Below, piece after piece: positions 49,455 to 59,646 of a DNA stretch of 64,000 nucleotides. Origin of the DNA: an uncultured delta proteobacterium. GTDB taxonomy: Bacteria > Desulfobacterota > RBG-13-43-22. The position numbers were made by a program, and so were the translations under genes. A model generated the notes under the pieces. It was not told the origin of the DNA. It saw nothing but the letters and a program-made list of their open reading frames with translations, and made no database searches. The stretch spans positions 512,001 through 576,000 of the forward strand of contig CAWBOS010000015.1 in the NCBI GenBank assembly GCA_963790475.1, in the 5' to 3' direction. Within the stretch, counting starts at the first letter, position 1, and every line of letters begins with the position of its first letter.

Positions 49455-52013
49455 TTACAATGCCGGTGTACTTTGCGACGGTTCTTCTTTCAAAAATTTA
49501 TCGGCAAAAAAATCAATATCTTTTTCATTGCGCAACAAGACATCCAACTGCCGGGTGAACCCTATTAATCGGCCGATCAACCGAAATTTGTCTTCCATCA
49601 GGGACTGTTCGATCTTTTTTATTCTGGCGGTGATCAATTCCCCCTTACTTTCCACGGCAAAGTCATTCTTTTCCAGTATCTGGGCCAACAGTTTTACCCT
49701 TCGGGTCCGCCGGTTAACCTCGGTAACCCCTCCAAAAAACCGGAAATAAATATAATTGCTGTCCCGGTCCTCGGACATATTCCCGTCAATCAGGTTAAAA
49801 TGATATCCCAGACCCAGATTCAGGTTGAGGTATTCCTTGGAGACAATGGCCAGGTTTATATTGAGCCTTTCTGTGGAAAGGGCCTCCGTGGAGGGGTTGC
49901 GGGTAAAGCTGGACATGAATCCTTTGAGATCCAAATCGACCGGCTGGGACTGCCACACGCCGGGGGCAACCAGGGCCCGAAGCAGAATCGACAGAGGCCG
50001 ACAGTCGACTTCATCGAGGATTATTTCATTAGAAGAAATTCCCTTTTTAATACCTCCGCCAATATCGAGGACCGTCAAATTAAGGGGGATGGGCAGTTTA
50101 AGTTTGGTCAAGGAATGAATAAAACTCAATTGACTGGGATGTATACCTTGGGCGATTTTTCGAACGGCCATTTCATGGGCAAATCGGATGATATCATGAA
50201 ACGTTTTACAATGGGCCGGATCGAATTCATTGGATTGAGGGTCGGTAATATTCAAAGTGGATATCTTCTTGAGCAACCTGCGGAGCAGCTTAAACTCATA
50301 GGTTTCTTCATAGGGTATTTTTTCGATCAGCTGGGCGGTTAGAAGTTCCTTGACAATTCCCTGGTAAATCACATTCTCCTCGGCATCAACGGTCACTTCC
50401 ATACCGGACTTTAAGACCTGAGTGGCCGAATTGGTATCCACGATGGTTGGAACCCGGAATTCCCTGCAGATAGTCGCCATATGGCCGGTAACCGCCCCTA
50501 TATCGGTGACCACCGCACTGGCCTGGGGGACCAGTTTGGACATCCGGGGAGAGGTATGTTTTAAGACCAGAACCGCACCGCGGGGAAAAAGCTGACTTTC
50601 TTCCTCTGATTGAACTTGAAAAACAGCCCCGGCCCCGATTCCCCTGCTGGCAATTACCCCTTGGTTTTTTAAGAGGACCGGATATTTTTGGGCGGCGGTA
50701 ATCAGCCGGCTTTTATCCATTTTCAGTTTTCCTGAAAATTGAAGAGGCCGGGCCTGGAGATAGGTGACCTGTCCCTTTTGATCGATAGACCATTCAATGT
50801 CTTGAAAGGATTTCATATATTGTTCAATCCGGAGGGCCCCTTCGATAATCTCCCGCATGATTGATTCATCCAGGCAAGGCACTTCCTGTTTATCCGGAGG
50901 GACTGAAACCAGAGAAATCCCCTTTCCTTTCTCCAGGACGTACTGTTTGGTTTTTTTCCCAATATGCTGCCATAAAATCGGATAAGGATCGACTTTAGAA
51001 ACCTTATATTGATCTACTTCCCCTTCGCCATCCACCACCAGCTTCCCCAACCCCCAAGAAGCCGCCAAGATCATCTCCTCCCCCTCCAATCCATTGGGAT
51101 CAGCGGTATAAATAACCCCGCTGACCTGGGGGGAGATCATGGGCAAACATCCCACGGCCATAGCCATTTCCTTTTGTTTGATGCCTCTCTCATTTCTATA
51201 ACTCATGACCTGGGGAGAAAACAAACTGGCCACGACTTGTTTGTATCCGGAGTCTATTTGAGAGGAAGGAACATTTAGAACGGTGGTATATTGACCGGCA
51301 TAACTGATTTGGCTGTCTTCTCCCAGGGCGCTGCTGCGAACCGCCCAGCCGCCGAGAGGGGTATTATTCCAGGAAGAGAGGGCCTTTCGAATGGCCTTTT
51401 TGAGTTCCGGAGGCGTTTTGGCCCTGAGGATCAGTTCTTTCAGTTCTTTGGCCTTTTCCTCCATGACCTCTTGCTTAAACTTTCCTTCGCTTAAAGGGGC
51501 CACCCATTCTTCCAGTTTATTAAACTCAATGAATTGTTTAAAGGCATAGGTGGATATGACAAATCCCTCGGGAACCTTTAGCCCCAAACGATTTTGGAGT
51601 TCCCCCAGGGTGGCCATTTTTTCCCCCACATAATCGGACATTTCTTTGGTCAGCTCCCTTAGAGGATAAACATATTCCCCTTTGGGGAGTGTAAACCGGG
51701 AATCCAGTTCCCCATGGATTTCCATTTTTGCCTTTTCAAAAACATCAAAAAGGTCCAAATATTTTTTAGGGGTGATCAAATTGAGGTCATAGACGACCTT
51801 GTAGACCACCTCCTCCAACTGATTGGTCACGGTTTCAATATATTGTTTGTCGAAAAGATAATCGCCCCCGAGTTTTTCGCCCATATCGGCCATGAGGTCC
51901 AAGGCCTGGTTATTGTAATCCAAGAGCTCCCTGAAGGTCTGAAAAAGGAACTGGAGGGATAGCTCTTCCTCATTTTTTTTACGTCCCAAAAAATATTTAA
52001 TGGGGTTTAACAT
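49455..52013 (-). CDS. PEP synthase/PPDK-like protein (ATP-grasp and phospho-His domains, no pyruvate-binding barrel)
   Basis: VGEKMATL, WAVRSSALGED, QDIEW, QARPL, GAVTGHMATICREF. Confidence 0.85.
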   Translation of the reverse strand: MLNPIKYFLGRKKNEEELSLQFLFQTFRELLDYNNQALDLMADMGEKLGGDYLFDKQYIETVTNQLEEVVYKVVYDLNLITPKKYLDLFDVFEKAKMEIHGELDSRFTLPKGEYVYPLRELTKEMSDYVGEKMATLGELQNRLGLKVPEGFVISTYAFKQFIEFNKLEEWVAPLSEGKFKQEVMEEKAKELKELILRAKTPPELKKAIRKALSSWNNTPLGGWAVRSSALGEDSQISYAGQYTTVLNVPSSQIDSGYKQVVASLFSPQVMSYRNERGIKQKEMAMAVGCLPMISPQVSGVIYTADPNGLEGEEMILAASWGLGKLVVDGEGEVDQYKVSKVDPYPILWQHIGKKTKQYVLEKGKGISLVSVPPDKQEVPCLDESIMREIIEGALRIEQYMKSFQDIEWSIDQKGQVTYLQARPLQFSGKLKMDKSRLITAAQKYPVLLKNQGVIASRGIGAGAVFQVQSEEESQLFPRGAVLVLKHTSPRMSKLVPQASAVVTDIGAVTGHMATICREFRVPTIVDTNSATQVLKSGMEVTVDAEENVIYQGIVKELLTAQLIEKIPYEETYEFKLLRRLLKKISTLNITDPQSNEFDPAHCKTFHDIIRFAHEMAVRKIAQGIHPSQLSFIHSLTKLKLPIPLNLTVLDIGGGIKKGISSNEIILDEVDCRPLSILLRALVAPGVWQSQPVDLDLKGFMSSFTRNPSTEALSTERLNINLAIVSKEYLNLNLGLGYHFNLIDGNMSEDRDSNYIYFRFFGGVTEVNRRTRRVKLLAQILEKNDFAVESKGELITARIKKIEQSLMEDKFRLIGRLIGFTRQLDVLLRNEKDIDFFADKFLKEEPSQSTPAL

Positions 52014-52119
52014 GGAACATCTTTCTCTTTTTACAAACGATACGAATTACCAAAGATTTTTGAAATCTTGAATTTAGAATTCAGGTGTCAGAATTCTAAA
52101 TATCATGGATTACCGGAGT

Positions 52120-52914
52120 CTAATGCCCGCCTTTAGAGCTGAAAACGATCCCTATGAACAAGCCGCTGACCATGGCAATGAGAACGGACAGGATCCCATA
52201 CCACAATCCTTTCCGCGTGGCCAACCCGGATATCAAGGCCGGAAATCCCACCAATTGCACCTCAAGATGACTGGAATGGAGCAACCGGCCATTTCCCTCC
52301 TTAAAAGCCAGCAGTTCAAGCACATAGGAACCCGGATATATTTTAGGCGGCAGCTCCAGCACGGCATCCGCTTGATCCCAGACCCCTTTCTCCAGGGGTT
52401 TTATCCGGACCGTTCCTTCAAAGATATGGTAGAGATTATCCTTCTCTTTTAACTTAATCAATTCCTTGAGCAGGAGGGATTCCTCTTCCTGATTTTTAGT
52501 ATTCAGGCTGCCGGAGAGGGCTGACAGGTAATTCAGCTTCATCGCCTGGGGCGCCCCTCCCTCTTCCATGGAAGCCAATTTTTCGGAAGTCCACAGAAGA
52601 TAGACCTTGGGCAAATTTTTAAAATGGATCTCTTGGACATTCATCCATAAGCCGCCCACCCGGCCCTTGCGCATCAGGGCCAACTCTTCCCGGGGTCCAA
52701 GGATCCTGAAGGCGATGTGATCTCCGGAAGGCACCACCGCCCTGACGGTTACTTTTCCTCCGGGGAAAAAACTGCCGATCCGGATAGTATGGGGTTGAAT
52801 GACATCAATACCGATCGGGGAAGTCGCCCCATAAACTCCGGATATGAAAAAAACCAAAATAAAGACCCCCAGGATAAATGGATAGCCGAATCCCTTGAGC
52901 CTATGCCGGTTCAT
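52120..52914 (-). CDS. TIGR02186-like TSUP-associated membrane protein
   Basis: RKGRVGGLWMN; signal peptide and C-terminal TM; follows a TSUP gene. Confidence 0.8.
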   Translation of the reverse strand: MNRHRLKGFGYPFILGVFILVFFISGVYGATSPIGIDVIQPHTIRIGSFFPGGKVTVRAVVPSGDHIAFRILGPREELALMRKGRVGGLWMNVQEIHFKNLPKVYLLWTSEKLASMEEGGAPQAMKLNYLSALSGSLNTKNQEEESLLLKELIKLKEKDNLYHIFEGTVRIKPLEKGVWDQADAVLELPPKIYPGSYVLELLAFKEGNGRLLHSSHLEVQLVGFPALISGLATRKGLWYGILSVLIAMVSGLFIGIVFSSKGGH

Positions 52915-52916
52915 GA

Positions 52917-53852
52917 TTAATGGCCTCCTTTATAGGATAACAGTAGCTTGGGATTTAGGACAAGCCCTAATAACATCTGAACCATGACCACCAGGATAAT
53001 GACGGCCAGCAGAATTTTTATTTGATCGCCTTTCAGCCGTTTACTGATACGCGCCCCGATTTGGGCCCCGCAGGAAGATCCTACCAGGAGGATGAGGGCC
53101 AGGATAAAGTCCACCGTATGATTGAACGTGGCTTGCATGACGGTCACATTGACACAGGTAAAAAAAATCTGAAATAGACTGGTCCCAACCACCACATGCA
53201 TCGGCATCCGGAGCATGTAGACCATGATGGGGACCATAATAAAGCCGCCCCCGACACCCATAATGGCCGCCAATACGCCAACCAGGGTTCCTAACAGAAG
53301 GGGGATAATAAAAGAAATATGGATCCCGGATTTATCAAAATTCATCTTGAACGGTAAACCGGTTATCAAGCGAGCATAAAAGGAAGGAGGTTTTTGAACG
53401 GAGGTGGAAATTTCTTCAGCCAGGGGGGCTTTCTTCAGGCTTTGCAGACTCTCCATAAACATGTAGCCGCCGATAATCCCCAACATGGCCACATAAGTTA
53501 TTTTGATGACAAAATCGGCATTGCCCGAGGCCCTGAGTATTTTGACCAATTGAACCCCCAGGGTTCCCCCGATCACACCACCAATGAGCAGGACAACCCC
53601 CATTTTAAAATCCACATTGCCCAGGCGATAATGAGCATAGGTCCCGGAGGCCGAGGCGGCCACGATTTGGTTGGAGTCCGAAGCCGCTGCTACGGTGGGC
53701 GGGATGCCGAACATAATTAATAAGGGGGTCAGCAGAAATCCTCCCCCGACCCCGAAGAGTCCCGACAAAAAACCAACCAGGCCGCCTAAACCCAATAAAA
53801 GGAAAACGTTAATGCTGTTGGCGGCGATGGGCAAATAAATGGAAAAATTCAT
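52917..53852 (-). CDS. TSUP (TauE/SafE) family transporter
   Basis: GLFGVGGGFLLTP and IMGVGGGFIMVP repeats, VVGTSL. Confidence 0.92.
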   Translation of the reverse strand: MNFSIYLPIAANSINVFLLLGLGGLVGFLSGLFGVGGGFLLTPLLIMFGIPPTVAAASDSNQIVAASASGTYAHYRLGNVDFKMGVVLLIGGVIGGTLGVQLVKILRASGNADFVIKITYVAMLGIIGGYMFMESLQSLKKAPLAEEISTSVQKPPSFYARLITGLPFKMNFDKSGIHISFIIPLLLGTLVGVLAAIMGVGGGFIMVPIMVYMLRMPMHVVVGTSLFQIFFTCVNVTVMQATFNHTVDFILALILLVGSSCGAQIGARISKRLKGDQIKILLAVIILVVMVQMLLGLVLNPKLLLSYKGGH

Positions 53853-53855
53853 ATC

Positions 53856-55403
53856 CTATCTCTCCTTAGCTTTTGGAAGATAAACCGAAAAAGTGGAGCC
53901 TTGATTGATTTGGCTGGCGACTAAAATTTTTCCACCATGCTTTTTAACGATACTGTAACTGGTGGAGAGACCCAGTCCGGTCCCATTTTCTTTGGTGGTG
54001 AAAAAGGGATCGAATATCTGGGCGATGACGGCTTGCGGTATGCCCACCCCGGTATCGGTCACCTCTATCCGGGTAAATTGTTCGTCTTCATCATTCACCC
54101 GAAGGCTCAATATCCCGGCCTGGGGCATGGCCTGGATGGCGTTGATCAGGAGATTGAGAAAGACCTGTTGGAGCTGGCTGAAATCCCCCAGAATCTTTGA
54201 ATCTTGGGTTTCAGGGGTATACTGCAATTTGATGTTGTTCAATTCCATTTCATGCCGGGCCAGTTTTATCGTGGAGCCTATCAATTCCCGAGTTGAAACC
54301 GGCACAAAGGCCGGCGGTCCCATACGGGTGAAATCCAATAGATTCCGAACCGTGCCGCTGGCCCGCTCCGCCTGGGTATAGATATCCTGAAGGCGTTTTC
54401 TTTTTTCTTCATCGGTGATGTTTTCCAATTCATCGATCAGGGATTCGGTGGTAATACAGATATTATTTAAGGGATTGTTCAGCTCATGGGCGATACCGGA
54501 AGTCAGGGTCCCTATGGAAGCCATTTTCCGGGTTTGGAGGTATTGTTCCTGATTTTTTTGCAGTTGATCCATCATTAAATTAATGGCTATGGCCAGCCGG
54601 GAAAATTCATCCTTATATTTTTTGGCCGGGGTAATGGGGGTATAATCTCCCTGGGCGATTCTCAAGGTATAGTCGACAAATCGGTTTAAGGGCAGGACAA
54701 TCTGTTGGGCTAAAAACCGGGTCAGGTAGGCCATGACCAAAAGGAGGATAGCCAGAAAAATCAGTGGGACTTGACGGGACCATTGGGTCATGGCCTCTAC
54801 ATCTTTCCGTTCTTTTTCTACCAGATTGGCGGCCATAAAGATCATTTCAGCCCCATGCTGCCTCAGTTCTCCCTCGATCTTACCCAGGACCACTGGATTT
54901 TCCGCCGATCCCGGCATTAGCTCTCTTAAGCTGCCCAAGAGGTTTTCGTAACGGCTGAGATGGGACAGCATAAGATTCAATTTTTCCTGACTGATAACCG
55001 CAGTGATATTCTTTCCTTCCTTCTTGAGAATTTCCCGGGCGTTTTGCGTGGTTTCCAAAGCATCGGGCAGATTGGTTTTATAAAGAAAAAAGTTTTTCTC
55101 ATAACGGCGGGCTTGTTGAATTTCAAAGGAGTAATTGTTGAGGGTTTCCATAAATCTTACTTTTTTATCCACCTGCCCCCCCATGATGATATAGGTGATA
55201 CTGGCTGCGGCGCATAAGACGAACAACAGGGAAAAGCCCATGATGATTTTGGTCCTGATATTCATGGTGGGTCTTTCCACCAAACCTTTTTGGGCTTCTT
55301 TCAGGGCGGCTTCATCCAGAACCAGCCCCGGGGTCGACCGATCGGGAACACCCTTCATCAGGCCCTCTTCCGGAAAGGCATCCTCTTTATGATCCATGGT
55401 CAT
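53856..55403 (-). CDS. Membrane sensor histidine kinase (HAMP)
   Basis: Two TMs, GIAHELNNPL, QVFLNLLINA, DTGVGI, FDPFFTTK, GTGLGL. Confidence 0.95.
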   Translation of the reverse strand: MTMDHKEDAFPEEGLMKGVPDRSTPGLVLDEAALKEAQKGLVERPTMNIRTKIIMGFSLLFVLCAAASITYIIMGGQVDKKVRFMETLNNYSFEIQQARRYEKNFFLYKTNLPDALETTQNAREILKKEGKNITAVISQEKLNLMLSHLSRYENLLGSLRELMPGSAENPVVLGKIEGELRQHGAEMIFMAANLVEKERKDVEAMTQWSRQVPLIFLAILLLVMAYLTRFLAQQIVLPLNRFVDYTLRIAQGDYTPITPAKKYKDEFSRLAIAINLMMDQLQKNQEQYLQTRKMASIGTLTSGIAHELNNPLNNICITTESLIDELENITDEEKRKRLQDIYTQAERASGTVRNLLDFTRMGPPAFVPVSTRELIGSTIKLARHEMELNNIKLQYTPETQDSKILGDFSQLQQVFLNLLINAIQAMPQAGILSLRVNDEDEQFTRIEVTDTGVGIPQAVIAQIFDPFFTTKENGTGLGLSTSYSIVKKHGGKILVASQINQGSTFSVYLPKAKER

Positions 55404-57913
55404 GCAAAGGCCTCATAATCACTGGCGAGAAACCGGTCCACATAATGTCGCACGGTCGCTTCATTTTCCATCAACATGTCCATTTGACGAGCACAGCCCA
55501 TGAGTTTTCCCAAAAGTTCCAGCCCTGCCTCCGAAGAGGCTTCGGGATAACCCCGAAGCCAGGCCGTGACCAGGTCTCCCCGCTGGTCCACACTGAACCG
55601 GGAGGATAGTAAAACCTCCTTCAAAAACCTGGCCCGCAGGTCGCGGCGCTGAAGGCTCCCGCCACCGCCGCGAAAACGAAAATTGACATAATTATTTTCG
55701 GTAACCGGGCTGATCAGACTGTCGACCATAGCGTAATGGTAGGCCAGCCGGATATTTAAACTCATATAATCCGGGGCCACCAACAAATAATTAGGGTCTC
55801 CCATTTTTCTCATGGCCCCCATATCCTGACTCAAAGAAGAGGACATGACCGAAGCGAAACCCTTGAGATCGATCTCCGTTCTGCCGGCCCAACTGACCCG
55901 GGGATCCATCATGCCCTTCCACAAGGCCTGGAAGGGTGTGGAACGAATCTGTTCCGGGGCGACCTCTTTTTGAGTCGGTCCCCCGTTGTGAAACGCCCCC
56001 CCTAAATCCAGGACAAAGAGGTACAGGGGGATCGGTGAGGATAACCGGCGGGAGGAAATTCCTTTTTTTCGGGTCTCCTTATCCCCTACTGCAAATAGAG
56101 AGGCGATTCCTTTTTCGTGAACAAAACGAATCAGGTCATGAATGGATTCGGCCGCTTCAGGCCGGAAATTGCGGGCCTGAGGATCGGTCAGTTTTAGTTT
56201 GAGGATCAGATCATGTAAGGGTCCGGCCTCCGGTTTGATCTTGGGTTTGACCAAACGGGCCATGGTCCTTTCCCGTACGTCCGGCCAGGGATTCCCTTCA
56301 AAAATTTGACGATGCGTGGCGTCCAATCCTATCAGATCGCCGGACCGGAGTTTTACTGTCGCCGCCGGAACATCAAATATGGAGGGGACCGCAAATTCCC
56401 GGAGCAGGGTGGCGGCATGCCCGGTAGGCTGGCCCTGTTCGGCAATACAACCGGCCAAATGAGGCAGGACGGTCCCTATTTCAGGAACAGCCTGAGGAAC
56501 AACCAGGATCACCCCGTGAGGAAGGGATGACAGTCCTTGCCCCGGGGTAACGATTTGAACCGGGGCCACCGCCCGACCTGGAAAAATCGTAATCCCTCCG
56601 GAAAGAAGAGGGCGTTCTCCGGGAGAGGTACTTCCAGATTCCTGGGGTTCGATTAAACGCAGGGGGCGGCATTGGAGGATCCAGATTTTTCCTGTCTGGT
56701 CAATAGCCCATTCGATATCCTGGGGCGCCCCAAATTGTTTTTCTATCTTGACCGCCCATCCGGCCAGAAGAGACCTCTCTTCATCCGATATCGAGGGGGC
56801 AGCCTGCACCTCCGGCGTATTGGCCTGCCTTTCCATTTGACCCGGTTGTCCCTGAATCAGTCGCTCCTTTTTGAAGGCGATCCGGCTCTCTTTGGCCTGA
56901 CCGGGGTTCCGGTAATCCATTCGGAAGAAATCGGCTGGGGCTTGTCCCCCAACCAAATCTGCTGCCAGTCCCCAGGTGGAGCTGATCAGGATATCCTTAT
57001 TGGCCGGTTGCCCCGGGTCCTGGGTATAAAGGACTCCGGAGCTCCGGGCCTGAATAAGAGGGAGGAACAAAACAGCCATGGGTGTTTCCACCTCAGTTAT
57101 TCCACTGGACAGCCGATAAGCGATAGCCCGGTCACTAAACCGGCTGGCCACGACTTTCTGATAGGTCTTAGCCAGAAATTCGCTGGGGATATTCAAAAAG
57201 CTGGCAAATTGTCCGGCAAAGGTCAGGGAGGTGTCCTCCCCGACGGCACTGGATCGGACCGCCCAATGTTGCTCTTGCGGCCATCGGCCTTGAACAAATG
57301 TCCGGATGGTCTCCTCAATAACTTGGGGCAGGGAAGAATGCTCAATCATTTCTCGGATTCGGCCGGCCTTTTCTCGAAACCGTTCCGGATCGCTACTGAC
57401 CTCCAGGGTATCCAGAAGGATACGAATTTCCGAGGCCAGACGCGGTTCGGAAACCCAGTTTTCATAGGCGCCGATAGTTACCGCAAATCCATCAGGGACC
57501 AGGTCCGGAAATCTCTTTTTCAGTTCACCCAGGCGGGCCGCCTTACCCCCCACCAATCGCTCTTGGGTCAAATCCATTTCGGAAATGGGGATCAACTGCA
57601 CCTTCGGGGACTTGGCTGAGGGCCTTCTCAACTGTTGCATGATCTGCTCTTCGATTTTGACAAAAGCCGAATACAATCCCTGATAATGGCTTTCGGCAAT
57701 TTGGTTCAGGTCTTCAATCATTAACAGGGTCCCCTCTAAGAGACTTCGGATTTGATGTTCCAAAGAGGCTGACCCGAGGGGCAAAAAACGGAGATCGGCC
57801 TCCAGGTCGGCCATGACCTCCAATAGACGGCTGTTTTCTCCTAAGAGGGACTGAAGCCCCTGGTATTTTTGGCGGATGATCCCCGAAGTCGCCGGTTGGT
57901 TGTTCATGTTCAT
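55400..57913 (-). CDS. Second PEP synthase/PPDK-like protein (no pyruvate-binding barrel)
   Basis: VGGKAARL, WAVRSSAVGED, PQDIEW, GQPTGHAATLLREF. Confidence 0.85.
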   Translation of the reverse strand: MNMNNQPATSGIIRQKYQGLQSLLGENSRLLEVMADLEADLRFLPLGSASLEHQIRSLLEGTLLMIEDLNQIAESHYQGLYSAFVKIEEQIMQQLRRPSAKSPKVQLIPISEMDLTQERLVGGKAARLGELKKRFPDLVPDGFAVTIGAYENWVSEPRLASEIRILLDTLEVSSDPERFREKAGRIREMIEHSSLPQVIEETIRTFVQGRWPQEQHWAVRSSAVGEDTSLTFAGQFASFLNIPSEFLAKTYQKVVASRFSDRAIAYRLSSGITEVETPMAVLFLPLIQARSSGVLYTQDPGQPANKDILISSTWGLAADLVGGQAPADFFRMDYRNPGQAKESRIAFKKERLIQGQPGQMERQANTPEVQAAPSISDEERSLLAGWAVKIEKQFGAPQDIEWAIDQTGKIWILQCRPLRLIEPQESGSTSPGERPLLSGGITIFPGRAVAPVQIVTPGQGLSSLPHGVILVVPQAVPEIGTVLPHLAGCIAEQGQPTGHAATLLREFAVPSIFDVPAATVKLRSGDLIGLDATHRQIFEGNPWPDVRERTMARLVKPKIKPEAGPLHDLILKLKLTDPQARNFRPEAAESIHDLIRFVHEKGIASLFAVGDKETRKKGISSRRLSSPIPLYLFVLDLGGAFHNGGPTQKEVAPEQIRSTPFQALWKGMMDPRVSWAGRTEIDLKGFASVMSSSLSQDMGAMRKMGDPNYLLVAPDYMSLNIRLAYHYAMVDSLISPVTENNYVNFRFRGGGGSLQRRDLRARFLKEVLLSSRFSVDQRGDLVTAWLRGYPEASSEAGLELLGKLMGCARQMDMLMENEATVRHYVDRFLASDYEAFA

Positions 57914-58038
57914 TTCTTTATCCCCTGGCGAATATAAACATTCATGCCCCTTAAAGCTCCACCAAAATGAAAATGGAAGTCCCTGAAATTGCCAATGTGA
58001 AACTCGGCAACCCTAATCCCAATTTTGCGCTCAATCCC

Positions 58039-58446
58039 TCATTCGCCGGCATTGACCCTTGAAAGTCCTTTGAACCCCAAGGCCTCAGCCGCCCGGTAAA
58101 CAACCTCTCGTAAATCGTTCGGTTTAAAGGGCTTGGCGATAAAATCAAAGGCGCCTTTGCCCAAGGCCTCCCGGGCCACCTCAACCGTGGCATAGCCGGT
58201 GATCATGATGACCTTGGTATGGTCAGACCTGGCCTTTACTTTTTCCAGGATCTCGATCCCGTCAATATCTTCCATGCGAATATCGGTCACCACGACATCA
58301 AAGGTCTTTTCCTCAATCCGCTGCAAGGCCTTTTTAGGATCCTCAAAGGATTCCACCTCACAACCCATCTTCATCAAAGCCGGACCTAATCGCTTGCCGA
58401 CAATCGGTTCGTCATCCAGAATAAGGACCTGCATTTTTTGCTCCAT
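58039..58446 (-). CDS. Stand-alone response regulator receiver
   Basis: ILDDEP, VTDIRM, ITGYAT, IAKPF. Confidence 0.92.
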   Translation of the reverse strand: MEQKMQVLILDDEPIVGKRLGPALMKMGCEVESFEDPKKALQRIEEKTFDVVVTDIRMEDIDGIEILEKVKARSDHTKVIMITGYATVEVAREALGKGAFDFIAKPFKPNDLREVVYRAAEALGFKGLSRVNAGE

Positions 58447-58527
58447 GATTTACCTCCAATCCGTTATTACCAAAATACCATGGTCGAACCATTTTCATAC
58501 TGCAGGGGTGCCCTCAGGACTCGCGCC

Positions 58528-59616
58528 TTACCAGAGAGCCAATCCCTGCCCGAGTTGGGTCAGATATTTTTCAATCTCCATCGGCGGCCTTTGGAAGGCA
58601 GCCAGTTCGTAAACCTTTTGGCCCTGTTGACCGGTCCAATCCCAAAGCGTGGAGAGATTCCGGATAAAAAGGGAATCGACGGGGCCCGCCTGCCAACGAA
58701 AAAAGAAATGATTTAATTCACGGACATTGGTCAAAACCATATCCAGGATGAGTGTGCCCTCTAGGGAAACCCCATATAAAAAAAGCGAATTCTCGGAGAC
58801 TATCAAAAACAAAGGAGGATCTTCCTTTCTCTGTTTTTCATGGTAGGTGATTAAGGAATCGGAAACACCCTTATGAAACAGGGTCCATGGTTTGTAAGAC
58901 GCCAAACTTTCTTCGAGTAGGTTGGGCTCCCTGAGATTATTTTTGTTCAAACTCGACCTTCCCCCCAGACCAACCACATACCAAGGAAAATCCTCGGCTA
59001 CGGTAATAGGAAGGGCCAGGCCTGTTGTGATCCAGTGTTGCCAAGACTCCGGCTCAAAAAATTGCCCCAGGACTTGTTCGTGAGCGAAGTGCAGGGCCAT
59101 CCGAAGATTTAGAACCTCTTCAATTTTTTCCGGCCAGGGGTTTCCGGTGTTCGGTCCTGAAGGGTCCAGCAGCTCAATCACCCCTTTAAGCATTTGGAAT
59201 TCAGGTTCCTGTTCCAGATCTTCACTTGCTTGCTGGAGCCCTCCTGTCTCTGTAGGTTTGGAGACCGGAGAAACAGCAGGGGTTCCCCCGCCTTTGCTAA
59301 AACCGGACAGATAGGCCTGAGCGTTTTCTTTCATTTGATCCAACTTCAGGTAAAGACCCGTTTCCGCTTCTTCCCTCAGAATCATTCCGTCATAGGTCAT
59401 TTGATAGGTCTTTTGAAAAAGCTGACCCACGGTTGAGAAGACATACTGGCGGTCGAAAATATATTCCCCCTGGACCTTTTCCTTCAAATCAGACAAAAGC
59501 CGGTCGCAGGCCCATTCGGTTTTTAAAAAATGCCGCCAGCGATTCAGACGGATTTTAAGGGAAAGGACCGTATCTCCCTTTTTGCCCACACCCAGAAATT
59601 TCTGAAACCAGGACAT
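58528..59616 (-). CDS. Degenerate paralogue of the PEP synthase-like proteins lacking catalytic domains
   Basis: KVQGEYIFDRQYV matches KLGGDYLFDKQYI; LHFAHEQ and NHFFFRW match IRFAHEM and NYIYFRF; no VRSS, DIEW or TGH. Confidence 0.7.
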   Translation of the reverse strand: MSWFQKFLGVGKKGDTVLSLKIRLNRWRHFLKTEWACDRLLSDLKEKVQGEYIFDRQYVFSTVGQLFQKTYQMTYDGMILREEAETGLYLKLDQMKENAQAYLSGFSKGGGTPAVSPVSKPTETGGLQQASEDLEQEPEFQMLKGVIELLDPSGPNTGNPWPEKIEEVLNLRMALHFAHEQVLGQFFEPESWQHWITTGLALPITVAEDFPWYVVGLGGRSSLNKNNLREPNLLEESLASYKPWTLFHKGVSDSLITYHEKQRKEDPPLFLIVSENSLFLYGVSLEGTLILDMVLTNVRELNHFFFRWQAGPVDSLFIRNLSTLWDWTGQQGQKVYELAAFQRPPMEIEKYLTQLGQGLALW

Positions 59617-59646
59617 GCTCCGCCCCTTTTCTTAGCGCCAAAGACT

